Below are positions 14,240 to 26,095 of a stretch of 64,000 nt of DNA, piece by piece. This DNA comes from Octopus sinensis (Eukaryota). The notes beneath the pieces are model-generated. The model saw nothing but the letters and a program-made list of their open reading frames with translations, did not search any database and had not been told where the DNA came from. The stretch is from positions 84,444,001-84,508,000 of the forward strand of contig NC_043005.1 of NCBI RefSeq assembly GCF_006345805.1, given 5' to 3'. The position numbers and the translations under genes are program-made. Every line of letters starts with the position of its first letter. The first letter of the stretch is position 1.

Positions 14240-14652
14240 GTTTATATATTTGTTTTGCAAGATTCTTGATGTGAATTTGTGTGAATCAGTGAACACCAAA
14301 TATATAGTGCGTGTGTTTCATTGCTAAACTGGCAACAATGACCATCCGAAATACAACAACAATATATATATATTTATATATATATGTATATTATATGTGA
14401 CATGTAAAAAGCACCATTCAAGTGTGGTCGTTGCCAGTGCTGCCTGACTGGCTCCCATGCCAGTGGCATGTAAAAAGCCACCCAATACACTCTCGAGGAA
14501 GGGCATCCAGCTGTAGAAACATTGCCATATCGGATTGGAGCCTAGTGCAGCCATCTGGCTTGCCGCCTGCAGTCAAACCATCCAACACATGCCAGCATGG
14601 AAAGCAGATTTTAAGCTATGACGACGATGATGATGATGCACATACATATATA
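13793..14652. repeat. Near-identical 445-bp tandem duplication, each copy containing a GAT-tail element
   Basis: 13793-14207 versus 14238-14652 differ only by single-base indels. Confidence 0.92.
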
Positions 14653-15618
14653 GAATATATATATATATAGCTATATATATATATATGTATAGTATATATA
14701 TATATACTCATTTATGTATATGCATATATATATACACATATATATATACCCATTTATGTATATATGCATATATATATAATTTTGCTTATCCAGTAACTGT
14801 ATTTTGCAATTAGCCGACAAAGTACTATTCAGGGTTTATACATACATATAAATATATATAAAAAATAATAAAGAAAAGTGTTCAAGTCTGTAGAGTAAAT
14901 AGGTAAATATAACTCATTCTTAAAAGTCTGTGCAGTGTGTGTTTCGTTTAATCATTCCTGCATGAAAGTCTTTCATCGACTTTATAATAGATATTCATTA
15001 GCTCCGAATAATAGGCATTCATTAGAAAGCCTATTCATTTTGTAGCAGACTCCTCTCTATGATCGTTGTTGTTTTGTTTGTTTGTGTTAGTGGTGGTCAG
15101 GGTTGGGCTGGTGGGTGGAGAAGTTGTTTGACTATTTCTTTCTTTTTATATATTTTTCTGTTTCTATTTAGTATTGATACCATCATCATTATAATTATTC
15201 TTATTCTTATTGTTATTATTATCATTGTTATTATTATTGCCATTATTGATTCGAAGTAGTAGTAGTAGTATTAGTATTATTTTGTTGTTGACTTTATAAT
15301 TGTGTCTACCGAAATTGTTTGTGCTTATTCATTATCGATTTGATTTCGCTTCAAACATGAAGCTTCTACTTTTTTTTTTATCCCTGGAAATTTAACGATG
15401 TGTAACGTCTGTACGTGTGTGCATATATATATAATAATAATACTATTATTATATATATATAAATAAATTTGCATCTGCATGTTCACACTATTGCCTTTAA
15501 GTTCCTACAACTCTGCTATGGTGCACTATTTTGCCGCTTTTTTTTTAGTTATGGACTGAGGTGAAGTTTTAGAGGACAAATGGTTAATTTATTTTTATTT
15601 AAACATAAGCAAAAAATA

Positions 15619-16010
15619 ACTGTGTGGTAAGAAGTTTACTTCACAACCACATGTTTCTAGGTTCAGTCCCACTGCATGGCACCTTGGGCAAATGTTTTCT
15701 TTTTTTTTTTTACTACCCACAAGGGGCTACACACAGAGGGGACAAACAAGGACAGACAAATGGATTAAGTCAATTATATCGACCCCAGTGCATAACTGGT
15801 ACTTAATTTATCGACCCCGAAAGGATGAAAGGCAAAGTCGACCTCAGCAGAATTTGAACTCAGAAAGTAACGGCAGACGAAATACGGCTACGCATTTCGC
15901 CCGGCGTGCTAACGTTTCTGCCAGCTTGCCTTGGGCAAACGTTTTCTACTATGGTCTCAAGCTTTGTGAGTGGATCTGGTAGACAAAAACTGAAAGAAGT
16001 CCAAGGGTCA
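15619..16010. mobile_element. SINE-B (+) interrupted by SINE-A (-; ~15705-15932)
   Basis: CCTTGGGCAAA(T/C)GTTTTCT duplicated at 15682-15700 and 15929-15947; SINE-B resumes after the second copy. Confidence 0.85.
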
Positions 16011-16024
16011 ATGAAACAAATCCA

Positions 16025-16225
16025 TTTTTAAAGGTGTATCGTTTAACTAGTTTTGATCAAATTGTTATCTCGGTTCTATTTTAACAAAACTGTCCAACAA
16101 ACGGGAATGTGAAACTCCGAGTAACAACTTTTGTTAAACTTCTGCTGCTTTTAAATAAAGCATATTACTCTACCTCTGGTATTTGAGTACTCTTTTTTCC
16201 ACCTTGTTTCACATTTATGTGTTTA
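16025..16225. mobile_element. Penelope-type terminal-repeat fragment with an inverted partial copy and a hammerhead 3' half
   Basis: GAAACTCCGAGTAACAAC at 16111-16128 followed by AATAAA; decayed inverted copy at ~16025-16075. Confidence 0.45.
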
Positions 16226-16262
16226 CTCTCCGTATATATATATATATATATATATATATTTA

Positions 16263-16602
16263 ATATGAGACCCCCTTTGGTCATGACACAGACCATGGGA
16301 TTGCACCTAGAAAGTTACCCTCTGAGGTACAAGTCTGGGCAAAGTTGTTTATGGAAGACCAGCAGTCACCTATGCATACCAGCCTCCTCTCTCCACACCA
16401 CCAGTGTTATCCAAGGGAAAGGCAAAGGCCGATACAGCTTGGCACCTGTGATGTTGCAACTCATTTCTGCAGCTGAATGAACTGGAGCAATGTGAAATAA
16501 AGTGTCTTGCTCAATAACACCACACTCAGCCCGGTCTGAGATTCGAGCTCACAACCTCATGATCGTAAGCTCAACGCTCTAACCACTGAGCCATGCACCT
16601 TC
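16263..16602 (-). mobile_element. SINE-C, full length
   Basis: Head reverse complement CTAACCACTGAGCCATGCACCTTC with A/B boxes; homologous along its length to 38230-38560. Confidence 0.88.
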
Positions 16603-16604
16603 AT

Positions 16605-16608
16605 GCAT

Positions 16609-16642
<34 letters not shown>

Positions 16643-16643
16643 G

Positions 16644-16723
<80 letters not shown>

Positions 16724-16782
16724 ATATATGTATATATATATATATAGTATATATGTTATATATATATATGTATATATATATT

Positions 16783-16813
<31 letters not shown>

Positions 16814-16838
16814 GATTATATATATATGTATATATGTA

Positions 16839-16869
<31 letters not shown>

Positions 16870-16905
16870 ATATATATATATAATATATATATGTATATAC
16901 ATATG

Positions 16906-16954
<49 letters not shown>

Positions 16955-16973
16955 GATATATATAATATGTATA

Positions 16974-17015
<42 letters not shown>

Positions 17016-17030
17016 TATATATATATTATT
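16605..17030. repeat. (TA)n microsatellite
   Basis: About 420 bp of interrupted TA repeat. Confidence 0.97.
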
Positions 17031-17034
17031 ATAC

Positions 17035-17240
17035 ACTTTCTACTCTGGCCACAATGACCAAAAATTTTGAGGAGGGGGCCAGTCGATTAGATCGACTCCA
17101 TTATGCAACAGGTGCTTAATTTATTGACCCTGAAAGAATGAAAGGAAAAGTCAACCTTAACGGAATTTGAACTCAAAATGTAAAGACAGACAAAATACTA
17201 ACATTTCTGTGTGCTAACATTTCTGCCAGCTTGCTGCCAC
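17035..17240 (-). mobile_element. SINE-A
   Basis: GAATTTGAACTCAAAATG...GCTAACATTTCTGCCAGCTTGC. Confidence 0.8.
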
Positions 17241-17259
17241 GTACATGCATAGCTGTGTA

Positions 17260-17843
17260 GGAATTAGGAGATATGAGGATTAGGGGATATGAGAATTAGG
17301 GTATATGGGATTTGGGGATATGGGAATTAGGAGATAGGATTAGGGGATATGGGGATTAGGGGATATGGGAATTGGGGATGTGGGAATTAGGAGATAGGGT
17401 TAGGGGATATGGGGATTAGTGGATATGGCGATTAGTGGATATGAGGATTAGGAGATATGGGGATTACGGGATATGGGAATTAGGGGATATGAGGATTAGG
17501 GGATATGAGAATTAGGGTATATGGGATTTGGGGATATGGGAATTAGGAGATAGGATTAGGGGATATGGGGATTAGGGGATATGGGAATTGGGGATGTGGG
17601 AATTAGGAGATAGGGTTAGGGGATATGGGGATTAGTGGATATGGCGATTAGTGGATATGAGGATTAGGAGATATGGGGATTACGGGATATGGGAATTAGG
17701 GGATATGAGGATTAGGGGATATGGGAATTGGGAATATGGGAATTAGGAGATAGGGTTAGGGGATATGGGGATTAGTGGATATGGGAATTAGGGGGTATGG
17801 GAATTAGGAGATATGAGGATTAGGGGATATGAGAATTAGGGGA
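17260..17843. repeat. G-rich 15-16-bp minisatellite with a ~216-bp higher-order repeat
   Basis: Unit ~GGGGATATGGGAATTA; the block of variants at 17291 recurs at 17507. Confidence 0.93.
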
Positions 17844-17874
17844 TTGACTTTTGTTTGGGTATCTTTTTATCTTT

Positions 17875-18240
17875 TTATTTGTTTTAGTCGTTAGACTATG
17901 GCCATGCTGGAGCAACACCTTGAAGAATTTTAGTTGAACCGCAGTACTTATTATTTTTAAGCCAGTTACTTACTCTATCTGTCTCTTTGGCTGAACTGCT
18001 ATGTAATGGGGACACAAACACACCAACACTGGTTTTAAAACAGTATTGGGGGACAAAGACAGAAAGACATACACACACAATGGATTTCTTTCAATTTCTG
18101 TCTACCAAATCCACTTATGAGGATTTGGCTGGCCTGGGGCTATACAAGAAGACACTGACCCAAGGTGCCGTGCAGTGAAACTGAACCTGGAAACATGTGG
18201 TTGGGAAGCAAGCTTATTACCAGACAGCCATACTGGCACC
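17875..18240 (-). mobile_element. SINE-B
   Basis: GACTATGGCCATGCTGGAGC ... CATGTGGTTGGGAAGCAAGC...CAGCCA. Confidence 0.75.
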
Positions 18241-18432
18241 TGTCATTTAAAAAAAATTGTTCTAGTGTTTGTGGATTAACAGAGGAAATAAGTGGTATAG
18301 GGATTTAGGGGTCATGAAATTTAAGGGGTATAGGGATATATACTTGTGTTGGTGAGGTGGGGGAATGTGTGTGCATGTAAGTGTATGCATGTATTAATAT
18401 CAGATTTAAAATGGTGAATGTGTGTATATACA

Positions 18433-18464
<32 letters not shown>

Positions 18465-18466
<2 letters not shown>

Positions 18467-18848
18467 AGCAGTATCGCCCGGCGTTGCTTGGGTTTGTTTC
18501 GACCCGTTGGAATTAGAATTTTTGAAAAGTAAAAATTTTGCATTATGTAGCTTGTTATTCTCTTCAAGTGAACATTTTTCTGGTTGAAATACAACGAAAA
18601 GTGGCGACACAGCAGTGAAAAAATCGTAAAAAATAGGGATTTTCATAGAAAAAAGCACCTTTTTGATGTAAATAATTTTTGGTGTTAACATGGTCCGATT
18701 TGAATTTTATCTTCTACGGAAGGAAGAGCAACACTTCTATCATACTCTCAATTTTGGTCAACTTGCTCCGCAGGGTCTCGGAAGAGATAGTATTAGTTGA
18801 AGGCTACCAAACCTGGCGCACACAACTTCAGCTTTATATAGAGAGAGA
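18465..18848 (-). mobile_element. Non-autonomous Helitron
   Basis: Minus strand reads A|TC at the 5' end and has a GC-rich subterminal hairpin then CTGG|T at the 3' end; termini match 62085-62470. Confidence 0.75.
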
Positions 18849-19089
18849 TAACACACACACATTAATACATATACATACACACACACACATGTATGTATGG
18901 ATGTATGTATGTATATATGTACATCTGTCCACTTCTTGCCATATTTATATCCTTCACTTCCTACATAGACACACAGACACACACACACACTCACACACAC
19001 ACACACATGCACGCACGCACACACACACACACACCTTAGCTTACAATTTTCTTTCAACAATTGACACTGTCATATATGTATATGTTTGC

Positions 19090-19629
19090 GTGTCTATGTG
19101 TGTAAAGAGAAAGTGGGAGAAAGTGTGGTAATAGGCGGAGTAAAGCCTTTGAAGTGAGAGAGGGAAATCGTAAAATATTGAGTTTTCTCAAATTTTTGCT
19201 TAATTGGGGGTGAAATTGAAAGAAAATTATATGCCATGACCGAATGGAATGTACTTGGAAAAATCATAGGTAAACTCCAATTGAAGAAATTGAGTGAGGA
19301 GTAAATCGTTATGTATTTATTTGTTTCTGTTTGCTCTGCATTTTTTTTTGAGTAGTGGTTTAAGGTACACTTGCAAAGAGAAAGTAGGAGAAATTATGGT
19401 AATAGCATGAGTGAAGCAGTTGAAATTAGAGAGGCAAATCGTAAAATATTTACTTTTCTCGAATTTTTGCTTAATTGGGGGTCAAATAAAAAACTTTATA
19501 TGCCATGACCCAATCGAATCTACTTGTAAAAATCGTAGGTAAATTCCAATTGAAGAAATTCTATATTGTAGAATTGTATTAAAAAGGAACATGGGAACAG
19601 GCAGAGAAAATCTGCCTTTTATCATAAGA
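19090..19629 (-). mobile_element. Helitron-like 5' fragment with an internal ~270-bp duplication
   Basis: Minus strand starts A|TCTTATGATAAAAGGCAGATTTTCTCTGCC, as at 61000; blocks from 19109 and 19380 are diverged copies. Confidence 0.6.
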
Positions 19630-19655
19630 TTATAATAAGAGATAAGAGATAAGAG

Positions 19656-19724
<69 letters not shown>

Positions 19725-19965
19725 ATAGAAGTAGATAGATAGATAGATAGATAGATAGATTGATAGACAGATAGATAGACAGACAGATAGATGGATGGAT
19801 GGAGAGACAGATATATAGATAGACAGATAGATATTAGAGTGGCAGGTATAAAATGTTGAATATATATGTGTTGATAGATAGATAGATCGATAGATAGACA
19901 GACAGATAGATGGATGGATGGACGGAGAGACAGACAGATAGATAGACAGATAGATAGATATAGGT
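19725..19965. repeat. (GATA)n/(GACA)n/(GATG)n compound microsatellite
   Basis: Direct reading. Confidence 0.95.
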
Positions 19966-20539
19966 ATTGTTGACATAAAATGAATATGTTTATAAGAAAT
20001 ACACACACACACTCACACATCACACAAAGACATACAGCACACACATACACACACATATATACACAACACACATATAGAAACATAAATACATACACATGCA
20101 CAAATATATATAAATACATTGGCATATGCCAACACACACACACAGCTACAGGGCATGTCCATAGAGAGTCTGGTGAAATAAATCTCAATAGACATAGAGG
20201 TCAGTTGCGACTAAAGTCAGCTTGAGAGCTAATGACTGGTGATGGACCAATACTGACTGCAATCACCAGAAGGCACCAATAGTGCTGATGGGTCTGTAAA
20301 ACACTAAACAACACTAGGACAAAACAAATAATGGTCATCTTCGAATAAACTTGATTCCATTTCTGGGTAAGAAAGATGTAACCTTCTCTGGCTGTTCATA
20401 TTGTGCTGGCTCAACAATGCAGGGGCAAAGAGAGGGGTTTTGTGAGGGCTCACTTTATTACAAGGGTAATGTAAACAAGATTGGTGATGCAGTGAGTTAG
20501 GAAGGATGTTTTCTTTACTACCAAGTTATATAAGAAGAC

Positions 20540-20612
20540 GGATGACAGGGACTTCGAAGTTTCAGCCTTCTAACCTTCTGGAATTTTGAAGTTACTGTTG
20601 ACTTTCTTGAAT
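20540..20612. mobile_element. Internally deleted fold-back element with two hammerhead 3' halves
   Basis: Minus arm TGAAACTTCGAAGTCCCTGTC; plus arm GGAATTTTGAAGTTACTGTT; homologous to 57370-57505. Confidence 0.5.
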
Positions 20613-20982
20613 AGCCAAGAGTTTGCATACATACATATATACATATATAATAATAATAATTTGAGGGAATATTATTCCTAACTTACAGGAAAAATTCAAT
20701 TTAGAAATACTAAATCAAATTTCACAAGATATAATATATATATATATAAAAATTAGAAAAAAACCCACCTTTTATCAATTCAAAATGAACAATTAAATTA
20801 CACCATCTAGAAAATTACATATATATATACATATACATATATATATATATATATATATACATATACATACATATATATATACATACAGATATATATATAT
20901 ACAGATATATATATATATATATACATATACATACATATATATACATACAGATATATATATATACAGATATATATATACATAT

Positions 20983-21032
<50 letters not shown>

Positions 21033-21779
21033 GATGCACATACATGTACGTGTATCAAATACTGTTGCTGTCATCCATAACAATGCTCTTACTAACTTGA
21101 TCTTACTTGGTAGACCAACCATCGCTGCCAGTCTCAAAGAGGAGAAGGAGAAGGAGAGAGAGAGGGGGGGAGGAAAGATGAGAAAGAAAGACAGAAGGAT
21201 AAGAGAGAATAGTCAGAGAGAGGCAAAGATATCTTTGTATATTCTGTTTACTCTTTTTTCTTTTTCCTTTTAGAGTCAGCCATTATTCTTTATTCATTAT
21301 TCTTCTTGTTGTTGTTGTGCTTTGTCGAATCCTCTCTCCCCACTCTCTTTGTGTTATTATGCTTTGAACAATATTGAACAGTATTGTATAGTATTGTATG
21401 TCTCGTATTATACAGTATTGTACAACATTGAATAAATGAAGAATTGGTTTGTCTTTTATTACGAGGAGAGGTAGCCATGAAAAATATTAGCGATTTTTGG
21501 AAGAAATTTCTCTGAAAGTGCAACATTAAAATGAACTGCTTCGAAAGTAATTAAAATGATTCATCTTATTTTGGCTTTATTCTTTTCTTTTTATTTTGGT
21601 TTCTTTGTGTTTTTTGTTTCTTTTTGTGTTTTTTTTTGTTTCTGTTTTCTTACCTTTTATTGCTTGGCTGGTCCACATCAATGGCAAACGTTTCTCTATT
21701 TGTCAGGATGTGCGTGTGTGTGTGCACGCGTGTTTATGTGCGTGTTTTTATATACATACACATACATTTATCAATGTGT

Positions 21780-21821
<42 letters not shown>

Positions 21822-21946
21822 TATATATATATACACAAATACACACACACAGAAGTGTGAGTGTATACATGTGTGTCTAAATATATATATATATATACAT
21901 ACATACACACACACACCACACACACACACACAGAATCATATATATG

Positions 21947-21982
<36 letters not shown>

Positions 21983-22195
21983 TACACAGACTCACAGTTA
22001 CCACACGTGTAAATGTATGTATACATATATGTCTGTGTGCATATATATGTGTGTGTGTGTAAATATGTATATGTGCATGTGTGTATAGATTTAAATGTAC
22101 ATATACATACATACATATATGTATGTATATATATATGTATCTACATATATATATATGTATGTATCTACATATATATATATATATATATATGTATC

Positions 22196-22242
<47 letters not shown>

Positions 22243-23054
22243 CGTGTGTGTGTGCATACACAGCCACCACACATACAAATGTGTATATGTAAGTGTGCGT
22301 ACACATACACACACGCATACGCGTATACATACAAAATCATCAAGATAATACATTCCACAAACCAGCGTAATGAAGTACTAAATAACCAGAATTGATAGCC
22401 AATTCTGTTAGTTTATTGCAAATGAAAGGTTGACTTCTCTAAATTCAATTGCTCTTTCTCTCTCATTCCCATTTCATCAACATCATCATAATTATCATTA
22501 TCCTTATCCTTATTATCATTATCATTATTATCATTACTATTATTATTATTATTGTTGTCAGTATTGTTGTTGTTGTTATGGGTTTGGTAAAGGCGAAAAT
22601 CAGTCGGTATTGTTCTGATATTATGAAGTGAATGGAGAACGTAAGACCTAAGTAAATAATAAGAACCAGACATCATTATATTCGAAAACTTTTAGGTTTC
22701 ATTGAGTGGAACCGGTTGGTTAGAGTTAGAGATTCTTGCTTGATGCCGTATTGTTCAGTACCAGCTTTGACGAACTAAGCGGACAGCAGTGATGGCGGAG
22801 AAGAAAATCGGTTGATGGATGCAGAGAAAGAGGAGACGAAGGGGAAGAATGGAGGAAAATGAAAAAAAAAAAAAAAAAAAAAACACTGGAGATAAAACAT
22901 AACAACAGGTGCAAAAATAAGTGTGTGTTGTATGTGAGGGTATATATTTGTATATATGTATATGTATGTATGTATGTGTGTGTATGTATGTATATATATA
23001 GATGTGTATCTATATATGTTTACGCATATAGATGTATGTGTTTATGTGAGTGTA

Positions 23055-23100
<46 letters not shown>

Positions 23101-23188
23101 TGTGTACATATATCTAATGAATATCTAATTATTAAAGTGAAAAAAAAGGACCAGAAAAATCAATTCTATTCATTTTTGCAAATATATG

Positions 23189-24429
23189 CAAGGTGCGTAA
23201 GATATTTGAGGATAGAATTATGTTTATAAAATAAAACAGATATATAATAACAGATAATAACTTTATTAATCAAAAAATGCTATGAGGATAAAAATAAACT
23301 TTCTTTTCTATAATGTTATTCAATAAAGCCACCTTCAGCTTCAACAACTGATTCTATGTAAGATCTAAATCATCTACATGCTCCAATCAAGTGGTCCTGG
23401 TTCATTTTGGACATTACTCTGACTATGGTAGCTTTCAAAGAATCTTTGGTGTTATGGGCATATTCATTGATCTTTCTCTCAACAACGTCCCCCAGTGGAT
23501 TAAGATCTGGGGAATTAGGAGGCCAAATGTTCGGGGATATGTGATCATGAAAATTTTCAGCCATCCATTCCTGTGTTACTAGAATCATGTGTGATAGTGC
23601 AGACTCTTACTGAAACACATATGGCCTTCCACTGCATACCCTGTCTATCCAGGGCTTGACAATATCTTCCAGGACCTCAATGTAGGTGGCAAAGTTAACT
23701 CTAAGGCCTTGTGGAAAGAAATAAGGAGGCATCACATGTCCTTTATTGCTGGCAACCCCTAAAACCGTGACAGTTTCAGGAAATTTTGTATGCATAACAC
23801 TTGGAACTTCAGAAGGGTCTATTACATAACCATCTGTTATTTCTTCTGTTAACTTTTTGATCTTGGTCAAAGTTTTTCTCATTTGAGAAAACCCAAATCA
23901 AATCTTTTTCTAAGTTTAAGAGCCTTTTAGATCTTATGTAGTGATTTTCTTTTACTTTTTCTGACAAATTGACCTTTCCTCATCATATAAGACTTATATC
24001 TGATGACTTCATGGACAACATTTCTAACTGTTCCTTCTGAAACATGGAGATCTTTTGCAATTGGCCTCATGGACTTTCTGGGATTGTAATCAATGGTCTG
24101 TTGAACTTTCTGGATAAATTCAAGTGTTCTGATGATTTCAGAGCATTTAGAATGCTTTTTATGCTTTGATACCGGTGATATGTTTCCATCCTCAGCCTCT
24201 AGCTCCTTACGAACATTGTAGACAAAAGATCTGGCAACTTTTAAAAATCAAGATATTTCTTAATCACTATGCTCAGCCTCTATAACCACAATAATGGTAT
24301 GCCTTTTCATTTCTTGAATAAGCTGAGGGTCTGCCATTATCATTTTCTGAAACAAGGATTATACAGAGTTACCAAAAAATGCTGCAATGACCCCAAAAAG
24401 GTATTTCCTCAAATACCTTATGCACCCTG
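23189..24429 (-). mobile_element. Full-length degenerate Tc1/mariner transposon, maT (DD37D)-like
   Basis: ~25-bp TIRs CAGGGTGCATAAGGTATTTGAGG, TA at the right end; transposase relic RPYVFQ*ESALSH...QEWMAENFHDHISPNIWPPNSPDLNPL with 37 residues after the second Asp position; stop codon and deletion present. Confidence 0.88.
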
Positions 24430-24607
24430 TATATATATGTATATACATATTGTGTGTGCATATATATATGTGTGTGTGTGTGTGTTTATGGATATATATA
24501 TATAGATAGAAGCATATATACGTGTACTTATATGTGTATATGTATATATGTATGTGTGTTTATACATGTGTATATACATATTGTGTGTGCATGTATGTGT
24601 ATATGTG

Positions 24608-24659
<52 letters not shown>

Positions 24660-24660
24660 T

Positions 24661-24696
<36 letters not shown>

Positions 24697-24899
24697 AATA
24701 CATGTGCATTTATATATGTATATATGTGAGTATATAAATGTGTGTGCATACATGTTTGTGTATATATATGCAGATGTGTGTATATGTAGAGAGAAATAGA
24801 TACAGATAGGAAATATGCATACATCTACATAGATATATTAATAAGAAGGTATATCAACAGACATACAGCAGGGTAGCTGCAAGAGATAATTTCATCAAT

Positions 24900-25330
24900 G
24901 TAATTTCATTGGTCTATTTTAGAGTCACATGATCTCATCAAGTCAAGATTTTTGTAGAACACAAGACAATATTTACAGCAACAGTGTATACAATTCCAAA
25001 AGACAACAATATTTACCATTTATTGTTTGTGGAAATGTCTAATTAATTTCACTGATGTTTGCAAAGTCATCACCGATACTTTTCGTTTGTTTGTACACAA
25101 CATAATGCTTAGAAGATTTTATGTGGAATTCAAAAAGCATTTGGCAAAGTATCGTAGATCTGATGGAAATCTATTGAAGCGTGAAATTTCAATGGTCTAC
25201 TTCCTGATTATAGGTTTTCATTATCTCAGGAATTTTTACTGCAAACATTGTTCATAGAAAGAGTAAACACAATGTGAACTGCGCAAGTGGACACACAGCC
25301 ATTGACATATTGGTGCCAATATTGGCAGCA
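24900..25330 (-). pseudogene. Highly degenerate piggyBac-like transposase fragment (third-Asp region and Cys-rich tail)
   Basis: VKIPEIMKTYNQEVDH resembles P..I..YN..MGGVD; then ISIRS..MLFEF...YVVYK and a Cys-rich CIHC..YCL segment. Confidence 0.45.
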
Positions 25331-25538
25331 TGGTAAGTTCCTTTTACATTTGCATGGTTTTCAGTTCAGTCTTACATGGCAGCACCTTAAGCAAGTGTTG
25401 TGGACTATAACCCTGTCCCCTGTCATGCTCCCCATCATCCTGTCCTTTTGCTTACTACCGTTCCCTCATCCCTCTGCCTAAAAGCATCACACATGCTCCC
25501 TTCTATTCTCCTTTACTTACTAGGGGGTCATTTTAGAT

Positions 25539-25855
25539 CAGTGTTTCTCAACCCTTTTCATATCTGGGCCAGATTGAAAACCTGGATTATTTTAGGGGAC
25601 CACACCAAAAAATGTAAAACACAAGTGAATTACAGAAAAACCTTTTATACAGGGTGTCCACAAAGTCTGGGTACATGAAGTAAATAAAATCATAACAAAC
25701 AATTAAATGTAAGAAATAATAATTTCTTAAAGTATGTGTTAATGCCCATGTACTCAGACTTTGTGGACACCCTGTATAGGGAACACTGTTAGGGGCTGCT
25801 GGAAGGATGCTTGAGGGCCACATGCAGCTCTGGGAGCTGCAGTTGAGAACTGCTG
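25539..25855. mobile_element. hAT-like MITE
   Basis: Ends CAGTGTTTCTCAACC and CAGTTGAGAACTGCTG are imperfect TIRs of the Charlie type; no clear 8-bp TSD. Confidence 0.6.
25650..25774. mobile_element. Tc1/mariner MITE nested in the hAT MITE
   Basis: 28-bp TIRs CAGGGTGTCCACAAAGTCTG(G/A)GTACATG, flanked by TA on both sides. Confidence 0.92.
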
Positions 25856-25884
25856 TCTTCGGCCCTTGGTCTTGCAAGCTACAA

Positions 25885-26095
25885 GACAATCCTCACTTGT
25901 GCTGGTGTCATAGAAAGAGCATCCAGTGTACTATGGATAAGAGTTAGTGTTAGGAAGAGCACCCAGCTGTAAGAGAAACATGCCAAAGTAGAGATTGGAA
26001 CTCAAATGTAGTTTTTAGGCTCATTCAGTCCTGCTGAACTGTCCAGGCCAAGGCAACATGAAAGACAAATGTTAAATGATGATGATGACGATGAC
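25885..26095 (+). mobile_element. GAT-tail retroposon 3' end
   Basis: AGGAAGAGCACCCAGCTGTA ... GTTAAATGATGATGAT. Confidence 0.65.

Noticed and set aside
4297-17843. Regularly spaced repeats as a CRISPR array
   Set aside because: Units are directly adjacent with no unique spacers; eukaryotic context; no cas genes
20190-20340. 45-codon minus-strand ORF MTIICFVLVLFSVLQ... resembling a signal peptide
   Set aside because: Hydrophobicity follows from T-rich composition; no other support
21102-21122. Minus-strand ATG GTT GGT CTA CCA A|GTAAG as a possible first coding exon
   Set aside because: Only 16 coding nt, and no phase-compatible downstream exon was found; such matches are expected by chance
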